Made by a program: the position numbers and the translations under genes. From positions 1-55,875 of the forward strand of contig JALWQN010000084.1 in NCBI GenBank assembly GCA_027083115.1: DNA of 55,875 nucleotides, written 5' to 3'. The notes under the pieces are model-generated. The model made no database searches. It was not told the DNA's origin and saw only the letters and a program-made list of their open reading frames with translations. Shown piece by piece: positions 46,527-55,833 of the stretch. Origin of the DNA: Desulfurococcales archaeon (GTDB lineage Archaea > Thermoproteota > Thermoprotei_A > Sulfolobales > NBVN01). Numbering within the stretch: the first letter of the stretch is position 1; each line of letters starts with the position of its first letter.

Positions 46527-47822
46527 TTAAGGGAGGGTCGGCCTCATAAACCTTTCTTTTTCTTTAAGGGGGTAAGTAGCATCTATGCCTACTTTTGCTG
46601 TTAAGCCATCCTCAGCACTCGGATCCAGGGAAGAACCCCTAGCGTTATTAATAACCACTAATCCCTTACTAGCCTGAAACCTTGTAGCTATAGCCCACTC
46701 AATATCTGCATAATTATCTGGGTCAATATCCTCGTCCACAACAACCACGTGCTTCAGGCTTGGATGAGCTGCAAAAGCTGCCATAATTGCTGACTTGCCG
46801 TCACCATCACTGTTTCTCCTTATGGAAATAACTGCATGAAGCCATCCACCGCCACCTTCAGTCAATCTCACACCCCTAACGAAAGGGACAACCTTTCTCA
46901 CAGCATCCCATATAGCAGCTTCTCTCGGGAACCCCATAAGCACCTTATGTTCCTTACCTCCAGGAAGTATGACGTGAAAGAACCTCGATTTCTTATTAAC
47001 GTAAATTTTATCAACCTTTATTAAGGGTTGATTCCTCACTCTATCATAAGTCTCCAGCAAATCAACAAAGGGTCCCTCCTTAATAACTTCCTCAGTTATT
47101 TTGCCCTCAATCACCACGGACGCATAGGGATCCACGGGTAATCCATAAAGAGGAGTCTTAACGTAGGAAGCACCCCCAACTAAGGACGCATATATTTCCA
47201 TCTCGAAATGCCCATAAGGAGGTGAGACAGCAGCAGAAAGTAGGTGAAGAGGATTAACACCTACAGAGATAGCCACTGGTGTTGCTTCACTGTTCTCTAA
47301 GTTCTTCCTATAGATTGCATAAAGATGCCGAGGGACCAAGCGAATTGAAAATCCTTTACCGGGAACATACATCAACCTATGTACTGAGGCATTATATGAG
47401 TGTAGCTCTGGAGTTCTGGCCACAACTATGGATGAAGTTATGTATCTCCCACCATCATTAGGATAAAACTTTATTGAAGGGAGCTCCTCACAACCGATGT
47501 TAGCTACCTCAAAAAAATCGTTAAATCTCTCCTCAGCCATCCTTTGTTTCCTAGTCTGTGAGAGACTACCTAGGATTGTGCTGTACGCCTCCTGATCGCT
47601 TGAAACCCTTAAGTAACGGTAAAGCATTTTTCGTGAACCAACTAAATTAGCCACACAAGTTAGTGGAGAACCCTCAACCTTAAAAACTACGGCTTTCCCC
47701 TCAATCTCTGCTTTCTTTATTATTTTTGTGGGCACATAATCCCTTGGCAAAGGCCTCCCTAACTCCTCCTTAAGAAAACCGCTATCACGTAAGTCATTAA
47801 TAATTTCCATTAGAGACCGCAA
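46527..47822 (-). CDS. UbiD-family decarboxylase (candidate trans-anhydromevalonate 5-phosphate decarboxylase)
   Basis: 431 aa with UbiD-like layout. Immediately upstream of the AcnX large and small subunit genes in one overlapping operon. Confidence 0.65.
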   Translation of the reverse strand: MRSLMEIINDLRDSGFLKEELGRPLPRDYVPTKIIKKAEIEGKAVVFKVEGSPLTCVANLVGSRKMLYRYLRVSSDQEAYSTILGSLSQTRKQRMAEERFNDFFEVANIGCEELPSIKFYPNDGGRYITSSIVVARTPELHSYNASVHRLMYVPGKGFSIRLVPRHLYAIYRKNLENSEATPVAISVGVNPLHLLSAAVSPPYGHFEMEIYASLVGGASYVKTPLYGLPVDPYASVVIEGKITEEVIKEGPFVDLLETYDRVRNQPLIKVDKIYVNKKSRFFHVILPGGKEHKVLMGFPREAAIWDAVRKVVPFVRGVRLTEGGGGWLHAVISIRRNSDGDGKSAIMAAFAAHPSLKHVVVVDEDIDPDNYADIEWAIATRFQASKGLVVINNARGSSLDPSAEDGLTAKVGIDATYPLKEKERFMRPTLP

Positions 47823-49105
47823 ACCATATCCCCTCTTACTTCCTGAAAATCATCCTTTAATTTAATTTGGCTGGCTATTAACCCACGAATCGCTCCTTCA
47901 TAGGGGGTTAATATTGAGATATTGACTGAATTCGCTGAAAAATGAATACCTAAAATTCTTCCAACACCCACATCAACGCCGTCCTCATTAACCAAGCCAA
48001 CCAAGCACCCAACAAAATCTTGGGGCACAAAAACCTTAAGCCTAAAGGTACTTTCTTTATTTGTTAAGCACTCCATTAAGGACTGACTTCTTTCTACAAT
48101 AACCATGTTGAGGTATTCCTTGTAAATACTGGCGTAAAGGACTCTTATACCTTCACTCCTAAAGCAAGGAAGTAACTTGCCTACTTCATCTGGCTTAAGT
48201 GGTTTTCCAGCAAAGACCGAGGAATTCATTAAGTTAATGGTCGCTAGATCTAATGACCTAACGCTACCTTTAGCGAAGTACTTAAGGTAAGATTCTTTTC
48301 TTAATTGCCTCCTAATCTCCCTATCCCTAATTACTTTGTTCTTTGGGGGTTCAGCATAAAGAACTTTGTAAGTCCTTAAAGCGTTTCTTAAGAGCTCATA
48401 TGTGCCAATATCGGTAACTATGATGTGAGTTGGTCTGATCCACCTCACCAACTCTAACTTATGAAGTAGAGCAGCTTGTGTATTAACCCAACCATCAGTG
48501 TTGATTATGAGAGGTTCCGAGGGATCTTCTTTATTAATTAGATCTATTGCTGAAGCTATGACTTTCTCACCACATTTGGAAGGTGTTATGCAGCCAACAA
48601 ATCTTAAAGACTCAAAACCTAACTCCCTTTGCCATAAGAATTTTTTACGCACCTTTTTGCTAGCTATAGTACCAGGAACAGCTAAATCTTCCTGCCCTAT
48701 ATCAGCCTCAATTAAGACTGGCTCAACACCGCCTTGAAGAAAGTAGTTAGCTATGAAGGCAGCTACTGATGTCTTGCCTGATTCTATGGGTCCAACAACC
48801 AAAATCCTTGCCCTCCTTGTTTTTCGATAATCACTAATTATCTCCTTAGCTAAACTTAACCACTTCCCAATAACTTCCTCTTCTAGGGAAGTTCTTGCGA
48901 CCTCAGCTCCTTTACCTAATACAGCATTAATCATAGCCTCCTCTAAAGCCATCACGCTATAGGACCTGAATCTGTGTACGATAAAGAATTCCCCAGGAAC
49001 GTAAATTGCTCCAGCAACTAAAAGCTTGCCTTCCTTTACTTCAACCCTAGCTGGGCCTGTTATTCTAATTACATCATCCTTCATGAGCCTAATAGTATTA
49101 ATCAA
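47810..49105 (-). CDS. Clp1/Grc3-family polynucleotide 5'-hydroxyl kinase
   Basis: N-terminal beta-sandwich (IRITGPARVEVKEGKLLVAGAIY), P-loop ILVVGPIESGKTSVAAFIANYF, EADIGQEDLAVPGTIA and INTDGWV. These are the Clp1 P-loop domain hallmarks. Confidence 0.7.
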   Translation of the reverse strand: MINTIRLMKDDVIRITGPARVEVKEGKLLVAGAIYVPGEFFIVHRFRSYSVMALEEAMINAVLGKGAEVARTSLEEEVIGKWLSLAKEIISDYRKTRRARILVVGPIESGKTSVAAFIANYFLQGGVEPVLIEADIGQEDLAVPGTIASKKVRKKFLWQRELGFESLRFVGCITPSKCGEKVIASAIDLINKEDPSEPLIINTDGWVNTQAALLHKLELVRWIRPTHIIVTDIGTYELLRNALRTYKVLYAEPPKNKVIRDREIRRQLRKESYLKYFAKGSVRSLDLATINLMNSSVFAGKPLKPDEVGKLLPCFRSEGIRVLYASIYKEYLNMVIVERSQSLMECLTNKESTFRLKVFVPQDFVGCLVGLVNEDGVDVGVGRILGIHFSANSVNISILTPYEGAIRGLIASQIKLKDDFQEVRGDMVCGL

Positions 49106-49203
49106 ACTTTACTCACCTAAAGCAACGGACCTAATTTCCTTACTTTCATTTACTATAAATTAAAACATTCTTGAGGTATAATTACTTCGGTGGGATCCCC
49201 TAA

Positions 49204-50055
49204 TTGATTAATGAATTGCTTAGCGATTGCGTGAAGATGAAGAAAGAGCTGAGAAACATTTCGAGGCTCTTGCTCACTAAGAAGCTCAGTCAGCATTTGA
49301 TGAAGGACTGCAGGATTGGTTACTCTTTCCTTGAAGCTTTAGGAACAATCAGAAGCACTTGCCTGATAGAGATCGGATCCGGTACTGGGTTCCTAACAAG
49401 GTTTATTTCCAGAGTAACCAAGCAGGTGATTGCTGTTGAGTTCGACCTAAGATTAATTCCGTATCTAAGGAATTATTTAAGAGATCTCCCTAACGTACAT
49501 ATAGTTGTGGGCGACGGAAAGAACCTAATTAATAGTTGTAGGTGTGATACTCTTGTATCGAACACGCCATACCATATTTCCACCCCTTTGCTAATTAATT
49601 TCGTGAAGTCAAATCTCAAACATGCTGTATTGATGCTTCAGAAAGAAATAACTGACCGACTGATGTCCAGCCCAGGGAGCCGCGAATACAGCAGAATTAC
49701 TGCCTTCGTTAATACTTTCGTAACTGTTAACAGAGTAAGGGATTTTCCTTCAAGTTCATTTATTCCTGAACCAAAAGTTAATTCTTCTTTAGTTGTTTTA
49801 GCTAGAAAAAGAGCCTGGGATTGTTCATGGCTTCTTTATGAAGACATGCTTAGGCATATTTTCACTCAGCGAAGGAAGCTTGCCAAGAAAGTATTCAGGA
49901 ACTACCTCCGAAAGTTGAAGACCACTGTTTCCGAAGAAAGACTGGACTTTTTAGGAAGCAAGCGTGTTTTTGAGTTAAGTATTGAGGACCTCCTTAATCT
50001 CCATAAGGTAGTCAGTGAAGAACTGAATCACACCAATAAATTCAGAAATTGCTGA
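49204..50055 (+). CDS. rsmA: 16S rRNA (adenine1518/1519-N6)-dimethyltransferase KsgA/Dim1
   Basis: KKLSQHLMKD, SAM motif LIEIGSGTGFLT, AVEFD, SNTPYHISTPLL. The start could be the ATG at 49237. Confidence 0.85.
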   Translation: MINELLSDCVKMKKELRNISRLLLTKKLSQHLMKDCRIGYSFLEALGTIRSTCLIEIGSGTGFLTRFISRVTKQVIAVEFDLRLIPYLRNYLRDLPNVHIVVGDGKNLINSCRCDTLVSNTPYHISTPLLINFVKSNLKHAVLMLQKEITDRLMSSPGSREYSRITAFVNTFVTVNRVRDFPSSSFIPEPKVNSSLVVLARKRAWDCSWLLYEDMLRHIFTQRRKLAKKVFRNYLRKLKTTVSEERLDFLGSKRVFELSIEDLLNLHKVVSEELNHTNKFRNC

Positions 50056-50668
50056 TTCTTGAGCCATTCTTTAGAGCTATGTTCAGAGCAGCGTTAAAGT
50101 CCTTATTGAATTTTGGGAAATACCTTCCTAACACCAGGTATGCATTTTTAGTGTTTGTTTTATTTTCGGAAACTATATAGAGTTCATAGAAATCACTATT
50201 AATTAGCTTGGTTAGCTCAAAGGCCTTGTCCTTACCTTGCTCACCAACCTTAATAATTACTTTCTTTGGGTAGAGTTTCTTAGCTAAGGAATTAATAATA
50301 TCTAATAGTTCCTCAAAGTTGCTGACATATCCCCTCGAGCAAACTGTTCCTCCACTAAGGATTACATAAGCAAACTTTTTTCCCGGGTCGACACCAACCA
50401 ACATAACTTCCGTGGATACCCCCAACAAATCCATTAGTACTCTAGTAAGGTTTGCTTCATTAACAGCTAATGCATTTCCTTCCTTAAGACCGTAAGCTTT
50501 AATACATTCTTCGTCAGCCAGGACCAACTTATTTATGGAGTGAAGGTCTTCCTTAAAGGAAGGTATCGAGTAATCCAGGTTTAGAAGGCTAGCTAAAAAC
50601 ATGAACTCCCTCATGAGTCGTGGGTCACACAACGCTACAGCAAGTTCCTTGACCCTATTTGCCGCCAT
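50042..50668 (-). CDS. Hypothetical protein with an RNase H-fold (RuvC/YqgF-like) signature
   Basis: 208 aa. MLVGVDPGKKFAYVIL (first acidic motif) and C-terminal KDFNAALNIAL (RuvC-like last motif). Confidence 0.4.
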   Translation of the reverse strand: MAANRVKELAVALCDPRLMREFMFLASLLNLDYSIPSFKEDLHSINKLVLADEECIKAYGLKEGNALAVNEANLTRVLMDLLGVSTEVMLVGVDPGKKFAYVILSGGTVCSRGYVSNFEELLDIINSLAKKLYPKKVIIKVGEQGKDKAFELTKLINSDFYELYIVSENKTNTKNAYLVLGRYFPKFNKDFNAALNIALKNGSRISNF

Positions 50669-50798
50669 GATCCCGAATTGTAGGGATTCTCAAGATTATA
50701 AATCATTAATATGCCATGGCCCTCAATGTAAGAAAATTTTAGCTAGTCTTAAAACCACTAATTAAATACATCTTGATAGTGAACTCCAGTAGGCGATA

Positions 50799-51359
50799 TT
50801 GATGTCATGGATTACATTGTTTTGGGAGGAGTTGCTGAGGTCATTCATAATTTTTCTTCCAGCGTTAGTTGCTAATTCATCCCCACTGATTCTCAGAAAT
50901 CTAATGAAGAACTACAGCTTTAGACCTATTGACCAAAACAAGGTGTTGTCTGACGGAGAAAGGGTGTTAGGCAGTAATAAAAGCTGGGAAGGTTTGACTG
51001 CAGGTGTGTGTGGGGGGACATTAGTTGGATTTGCCTATGGTTACTTCTTAGGTAGCACTTCCTGGATTCTCTACGGTTTCTTAATGGGTTTAGGAGCTAT
51101 GCTTGGGGACTTACTTAATTCCTTCATTAAGCGACGACTAAAAATTAGGCCTGGAGAACCCTTTATACCTTTAGATCAGCTGACTTTCCTTTATGGCGCT
51201 TACTTACTGATTATTCCTTTCAGGAATGCCTACTTAGGAACCTATATTGAAGAATTAACTACGGCTGATTTAGCTATGGCTACATACTTAGTGATGATTT
51301 TGCATCCTTTAACAAACCTGGTTGCTTACCTTTTAAGGCTTAAGAACGAACCTTGGTAG
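50799..51359 (+). CDS. carS: CDP-archaeol synthase
   Basis: 186 aa and polytopic. [37 protein letters not shown] are DUF46/CarS motifs. The ATG at 50802 is the likelier start. Confidence 0.75.
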   Translation: MMSWITLFWEELLRSFIIFLPALVANSSPLILRNLMKNYSFRPIDQNKVLSDGERVLGSNKSWEGLTAGVCGGTLVGFAYGYFLGSTSWILYGFLMGLGAMLGDLLNSFIKRRLKIRPGEPFIPLDQLTFLYGAYLLIIPFRNAYLGTYIEELTTADLAMATYLVMILHPLTNLVAYLLRLKNEPW

Positions 51360-51531
51360 TTGAGTAAGTGTTCCTGCTTAATTCCCTTAAAACAACTCTA
51401 TAACGAACGTATTTATCCGTTGGTGAAAACCTGGGAGGATGAGCAGAAACTGTTCTGGCACCACAGATTGGGCATACTTCCTTAAACGTGTATCGGCCGC
51501 ACTTAGGGCATTTCCGCATTAAGAACTTCAT
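51340..51531 (-). CDS. nop10: H/ACA RNP protein Nop10
   Basis: [41 protein letters not shown]. Confidence 0.9.
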   Translation of the reverse strand: MKFLMRKCPKCGRYTFKEVCPICGARTVSAHPPRFSPTDKYVRYRVVLRELSRNTYSTTKVRS

Positions 51532-52331
51532 TAAATTTTCTCCCTCTGGAAGAAGAAGTTCACATTCAATCTTTTAGATAGTCTTTGTGCATTATTGATG
51601 TATAAAGCAAGCACTTTCTCAGCCTTCTTATATTCAGTTGACGTTACCTCAACCCTATATCTTGGGGCACCGACAGTATAAATCCTTACTTGAGTGTCAT
51701 TAGCTGATTCAACCTTCCTCAATGAATCAAGCATTACTTTCTTTAGCTTATCCGCACCATCTGGGGACAGACTCCATAACGTAATCAACCCTCTTATCCT
51801 TACCTTTTTTACCTTAATGTGTTTGCGGATTTCCTCCATTAATGGATTAATCCATTCCTCAGAAATTCCTGCTTCCCTTAAGGCTTCCTCACCTCTGTAC
51901 GCTGCTTCCTCTAGACCAGCATAAATTTCTCCAAACCTATCTTCCAAAGGCCAGCCAACTTCTTCATAAGCTTCATTCAGTGATTTACCTATTTTTTGAG
52001 CGGCTATCTCGATTAGTTTTTCAGCTCTTTGCGCCCTCTTAAATTCAAGCATCTTTCTCCTTTGCTCAGAAGAATTCACTCTCTTCATGGAGACATCAAT
52101 ATGGCCTTTCCTTCTATCAACCCTGATAACCTTAACAACAACTTTCTGGCCTTCACGAACAAAGTCCTTTATATCTCTGACCCACTTAGAGCTGACTTCA
52201 GACCAGGGTAGATAAGCCTCTTTCCCTTCGAACTCATCCAGAGTTAAATATGCCCCATAACCGAAAACCTTCTTCACCGTCCCAATAACTAGCTCCCCTA
52301 CCCTAGGTAATGGTTCCCTTCTCCTAACCAA
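51531..52331 (-). CDS. eif2a: Translation initiation factor aIF2 alpha subunit
   Basis: S1 domain [71 protein letters not shown]6-TTG start. Confidence 0.9.
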   Translation of the reverse strand: MVRRREPLPRVGELVIGTVKKVFGYGAYLTLDEFEGKEAYLPWSEVSSKWVRDIKDFVREGQKVVVKVIRVDRRKGHIDVSMKRVNSSEQRRKMLEFKRAQRAEKLIEIAAQKIGKSLNEAYEEVGWPLEDRFGEIYAGLEEAAYRGEEALREAGISEEWINPLMEEIRKHIKVKKVRIRGLITLWSLSPDGADKLKKVMLDSLRKVESANDTQVRIYTVGAPRYRVEVTSTEYKKAEKVLALYINNAQRLSKRLNVNFFFQREKI

Positions 52332-52379
52332 ATTTAATCACCTATAATTTTCTTGATTAAAGAATAAACCAAGCAAAAC

Positions 52380-52580
52380 CTAACCAAGGATTTTCACTAC
52401 TTCACCTAAGATCTTGGCTTTACCTCCTGTTGGCTGAACCAGTAACTTACCGCAAACCAAGCACCTTACGGGAAACGTTGCATGATCAAATATTACCTGC
52501 TCATTTCCGCAGGAGGGGCATCTGACCTTAATAAATCTTGACTTAGGCATAGGAATTAAAACTTTCCTCTTCTTCATCAC
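52380..52580 (-). CDS. rps27e: 30S ribosomal protein S27e
   Basis: [40 protein letters not shown]. Confidence 0.95.
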   Translation of the reverse strand: MMKKRKVLIPMPKSRFIKVRCPSCGNEQVIFDHATFPVRCLVCGKLLVQPTGGKAKILGEVVKILG

Positions 52581-52864
52581 CTAACCACCTCCACGAGCTC
52601 AGCCTTCTTCAATCTAATACCTCTCCTGTGGGTAATATATCCGCATTTAGTGCACTTAAGCTTAAGCACAACCTTCTTAGTTACCTTAGCGAAGCGCTTC
52701 TGCTCTGGCTTTCTTTTGCTTCCATACCCCTTATTCTTTCTTTCATACCTTCTCTGCCCCTCTGCAAGCGCTCTCCTCTTTCCTCCCTTATAAATAACTA
52801 CAGTATGAATCGTGTGTGTACCACACCTAGGACAGTAAGTCCTTATCCTTTTCGGGATTCGCAT
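52577..52864 (-). CDS. rpl44e: 50S ribosomal protein L44e
   Basis: [44 protein letters not shown]...KCTKCG. Confidence 0.95.
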   Translation of the reverse strand: MRIPKRIRTYCPRCGTHTIHTVVIYKGGKRRALAEGQRRYERKNKGYGSKRKPEQKRFAKVTKKVVLKLKCTKCGYITHRRGIRLKKAELVEVVR

Positions 52865-53048
52865 CTTCCATACCTCTGCTTATGGCTTAACTCAAGAACC
52901 TTAAATACTTTTACAACTAAAAGTTGCGCCCTTCAGGACGGGGATGAGCTGTAGAAGTTCGAAGAGGAAAGTTGGTGATCTCTCCCATCCTATTGTGAGA
53001 AAGGTTGAAATACTCTGTAAGCTCCATTTAGAGAAGTGGTAAAGAGTA

Positions 53049-53204
53049 ATGAAGAAGTTAACGGTTTCGGATGAGGCGTATTGGAAGCTAATGGAGATCA
53101 AGGTTAGGCTAAGGTGTCAAACGTGGGAGGAATTTGCGGATAAGGTTCACAAAATGGTGTTTAGAGATGAAAAGGGCGAACAGGTTCAGGCTGAGACCGA
53201 CTAA
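53049..53204 (+). CDS. Small ribbon-helix-helix (VapB/CopG-like antitoxin-type) protein, 51 aa; not in the ORF track
   Basis: MKKLTVSDEAYWKLMEIKVRLRCQTWEEFADKVHKMVFRDEKGEQVQAETD. The KLTVSDEAYxKLxxxK opening is typical of archaeal RHH antitoxins. GGTA-N7-ATG. Overlaps the tnpB remnant by 38 nt. Confidence 0.45.
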   Translation: MKKLTVSDEAYWKLMEIKVRLRCQTWEEFADKVHKMVFRDEKGEQVQAETD

Positions 53205-53688
53205 GGAACAGGAGAAGGTTTTGCTTAGTCTGTGCGAGACGTCGGCAGTGTTATGGAACAAGTTAAACTATATTAGGAGGCAGGCCTTCTTCGAAGGGCG
53301 ATTTGACCAGAAAGAAGGAGTAGATGCACTATACAATGAGTTTAAGCGAATTTTAGGTTCAGCAACAACCCAACAAATAATAAGGAAGAACAACGAGGCA
53401 TGGAAAAGCTTCTTCTCTCTGTTAAGACTGAAAAGCAAAGGCAAGCTTCCTTCGCACATTCGTAAGATTTCTCCTCCAGGATATTGGAAAGACAGATTGC
53501 TAAACAAGCGAAAACTAATGACCGTTATCAGAAATGATTGCTACTGAATAGAGGAGATAAGATGAAAGCAGTCTTTGGTTCTGCCTAAGGGGTTAAAGAT
53601 TTGTATAACAGGTGAAATAAGATGGAGAAGAAAGCAAGGAAGGTTAGAAATCTTCTATGATGATTTAACGGGGAGGTTGTCAAAATAA
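53167..53688 (+). pseudogene. tnpB: IS200/IS605-family tnpB (orfB) remnant: N-terminal third only, with two in-frame TGA stops
   Basis: MKRANRFRLRPTKEQEKVLLSLCETSAVLWNKLNYIRRQ... is the TnpB N-terminus. The same frame continues through TGA (53545) and TGA (53563) into KQSLVLPKGLKICITGEIRWRRKQGRLEIFYDDLTGR, then ends. The RuvC and Zn-finger parts are absent. Confidence 0.75.
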
Positions 53689-53840
53689 TCACTGTTGGCT
53701 TAATTAATAACAGTTCTTTAGGTGCCATCATTATTAATACATGACTAAATAAGTGCTGATTTCCTTCGCTTGACAGTCATCTGTAAGCACAAAAACAAAA
53801 AGTTAAAAGCTTGTTCAACAGCCTGGTATAGGTGGATTAG

Positions 53841-54128
53841 ATGCCTAAAAAGAGGGAGAATAGGGGGAGGCATAAAGGAGGTAAAGGATCCGTCAGGATG
53901 ATCCAGTGCGACAGTTGTGGAAGGCTTGTACCTGAAGATAAAGCCATTTGTGTGACGAGGTGGTACTCACCAGTTGATCCACAATTGGCTGCAGAGCTAG
54001 AGAAGAAAGGGGCAATAATTGCTAGGTACCCCGTCAGGAAATGCTACTGCGTGAGTTGCGCCGTATCGTTAGGGATAGTTAAGGTTCGCTCAGAAGAGGA
54101 CAGAAAAAGGATTCTCAGCAAAAGGTAA
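53841..54128 (+). CDS. rps26e: 30S ribosomal protein S26e
   Basis: MPKKRENRGRHKGGKGSVRMIQCDSCGRLVPEDKAI...YCVSCAV. GGTG-N6-ATG. Confidence 0.95.
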   Translation: MPKKRENRGRHKGGKGSVRMIQCDSCGRLVPEDKAICVTRWYSPVDPQLAAELEKKGAIIARYPVRKCYCVSCAVSLGIVKVRSEEDRKRILSKR

Positions 54129-54170
54129 GTGGCCGTATTAAGTTACGTTATTGCCTCATCAAAGTTTGCT

Positions 54171-55592
54171 TCAGTACTTACTTGCGAACCTTAAGTAAGT
54201 GAAGGCCTTACCGCCGCAAATAGGGCATTTAAGATTAGCAGGTATTTTCTGTGTCTCAAGCGGAGTGCCTAAGGCATCAGCATTAAGAACTTCAGAGAGC
54301 TTATCGGCGCATTCTCTTTTGCCGCACCAGGGGATTTCCGCAATACCCCCTCCCTCAATGTGTTTCTTAGCTTTTTCTAAGTTACTGGTTCGAAGAATTC
54401 TATTCTGGAATCTTTCTTTAGCCTTCTTCCTTAATCCATCATCGATTTCCCGGCCTAACTTCATAACTTCCTTAATAATTTCTTGCTTGGGAACTTTCTC
54501 TTTAGTTCTTAAATCTCTCCGGAATATCGTTAACTGATTTGCCCTTAATTCTTTAGGGCCTATATCGATCCTTAAGGGAACGCCCTTCAGTTCCCAAATA
54601 TTGAATTTCTCGCCTGGAGTTATATCATCTCTTAGATCAGCGTAAGCTCTTATGCCAGACTCCTTAAGCATGTCTTGAATATCGGTGGCTTCCTTCATAA
54701 CTTCATTCTTAATTAATTCCTTACCAGCAGGTATAGGCACTATAACTACCTGGATAGGCGCTACTTTAAAAGGAAGAACGAGTCCCTTGGAGTCACCATG
54801 TACACTAATGAGTGAAGCAACAGCCCTTTCCGAAATTCCGTAGCTGGTTTGCCAGGCATAATCTATCTCCTGGTCTCTTTTCTGAATCCTCACCTCAAAC
54901 GCTTTAGTGAAGTTCTGTCCTAGATTATGTACCGTACCTATCTGTAATGCCCTCCCATCAGGAAGTAAGGTATCAAAAGCGATAGTGTATATAGCTCCAG
55001 CGAACTTATCCCACTCAGGGCGTTTAGAGATCAAATAAGGGATCCCTAACTCATCAAAAAACCGTCTATATATTTCTATAGCTTCCTTAATTTGGCGTTC
55101 TGAATCTCCAAAGCTCTCGTGTAGGGTGTGAGCCTCCTTAAAGGTCGTGACTTCCCTCACCCTCAGCATAGGTCTTGTTGCTTTAGTCTCGTACCTGAAA
55201 ATACTTACTATCTGGTAGTATTTCTTAGGCAGTTGTTTGTAGCTCTTAATCCAGAAAGACTCCATATAAGATAATGGTGTTTCGCTGGTGGGGCGTAACG
55301 CCAGCTTAATATCTAAAGGATCCAACCCACCGTGCGTCACCCAATAAACTTCATCCTCAAAACCTCTAACATGCTCTGATTCCTTCGCAAGTATGGGTTC
55401 CGGGATCAATAATGGAAGGAGTATCTCCTCATGGCCCGTTGAATCAAGCAAACGCCTAAGGATATTGAGAACATAACGCCTAAGCTTGAAACCGTAAGGA
55501 AGCCAAACCCCCATACCCTTAATCGGATATCTACCATAATCATATATATCTGCTTCCCTCAGCACCCAATCAAACCATCTAGGAAACTCCAT
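54171..55592 (-). CDS. proS: Prolyl-tRNA synthetase (archaeal/eukaryal type)
   Basis: Class II core plus C-terminal Zn-binding domain (CPICGG). N-terminus [27 protein letters not shown] place the start at ATG 55592. The ORF-track start at 55688 adds a hydrophobic, non-homologous 32 aa. Confidence 0.9.
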   Translation of the reverse strand: MEFPRWFDWVLREADIYDYGRYPIKGMGVWLPYGFKLRRYVLNILRRLLDSTGHEEILLPLLIPEPILAKESEHVRGFEDEVYWVTHGGLDPLDIKLALRPTSETPLSYMESFWIKSYKQLPKKYYQIVSIFRYETKATRPMLRVREVTTFKEAHTLHESFGDSERQIKEAIEIYRRFFDELGIPYLISKRPEWDKFAGAIYTIAFDTLLPDGRALQIGTVHNLGQNFTKAFEVRIQKRDQEIDYAWQTSYGISERAVASLISVHGDSKGLVLPFKVAPIQVVIVPIPAGKELIKNEVMKEATDIQDMLKESGIRAYADLRDDITPGEKFNIWELKGVPLRIDIGPKELRANQLTIFRRDLRTKEKVPKQEIIKEVMKLGREIDDGLRKKAKERFQNRILRTSNLEKAKKHIEGGGIAEIPWCGKRECADKLSEVLNADALGTPLETQKIPANLKCPICGGKAFTYLRFASKY

Positions 55593-55707
55593 CCCCAAAA
55601 TGGAGTAAACCTCCTTAGTCAACCCAACACCCGGGAATGAGGGCAGAAAACCTAATAATAAATTTAATGCAATAAACAACCACAACAAAACACGTGAATA
55701 ATAACAA

Positions 55708-55730
55708 AAACCTTAATTAAGCCTATATCC
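55708..55730 (+). promoter_or_regulatory. Putative TATA region for tRNA-Asp
   Basis: AAACCTTAATTAAGCCTATATCC ends about 15-35 nt upstream of tRNA position 1. Confidence 0.35.
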
Positions 55731-55744
55731 CAAATCCTTATGGT

Positions 55745-55833
55745 GCCGCGGTAGTATAGTCCGGCCCAGTATGCGGGCCTGTCGAGAACTACGCAGACAG
55801 CCCGTGACCCGGGTTCAAATCCCGGCCGCGGCG
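55745..55833 (+). tRNA. tRNA-Asp(GUC) with a 14-nt intron at the canonical 37/38 site; no encoded CCA
   Basis: Acceptor GCCGCGG/CCGCGGC, D stem with G10-U25, anticodon stem CGGGC/GCCCG, loop CTGTCGA (anticodon 55781-55783), intron about 55786-55799 whose 3' GACA can pair with the UGUC of the anticodon loop (BHB-like), T arm CCGGG-TTCAAAT-CCCGG, discriminator G. Confidence 0.9.

Noticed and set aside
53545-53565. Two in-frame TGA codons in tnpB, considered as possible recoding (selenocysteine or read-through)
   Set aside because: The gene is also truncated by about two thirds and no SECIS-like context is evident. Ordinary pseudogene decay is the simpler explanation.
55593-55688. Hydrophobic 32-aa N-terminal extension of ProRS (and the similar 17-aa extension of the Fap7-like ORF at 9299..9349), considered as signal or TM peptides
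   Set aside because: Both are cytosolic housekeeping enzymes whose conserved N-termini begin at the internal ATG. The extensions come from taking the longest ORF.
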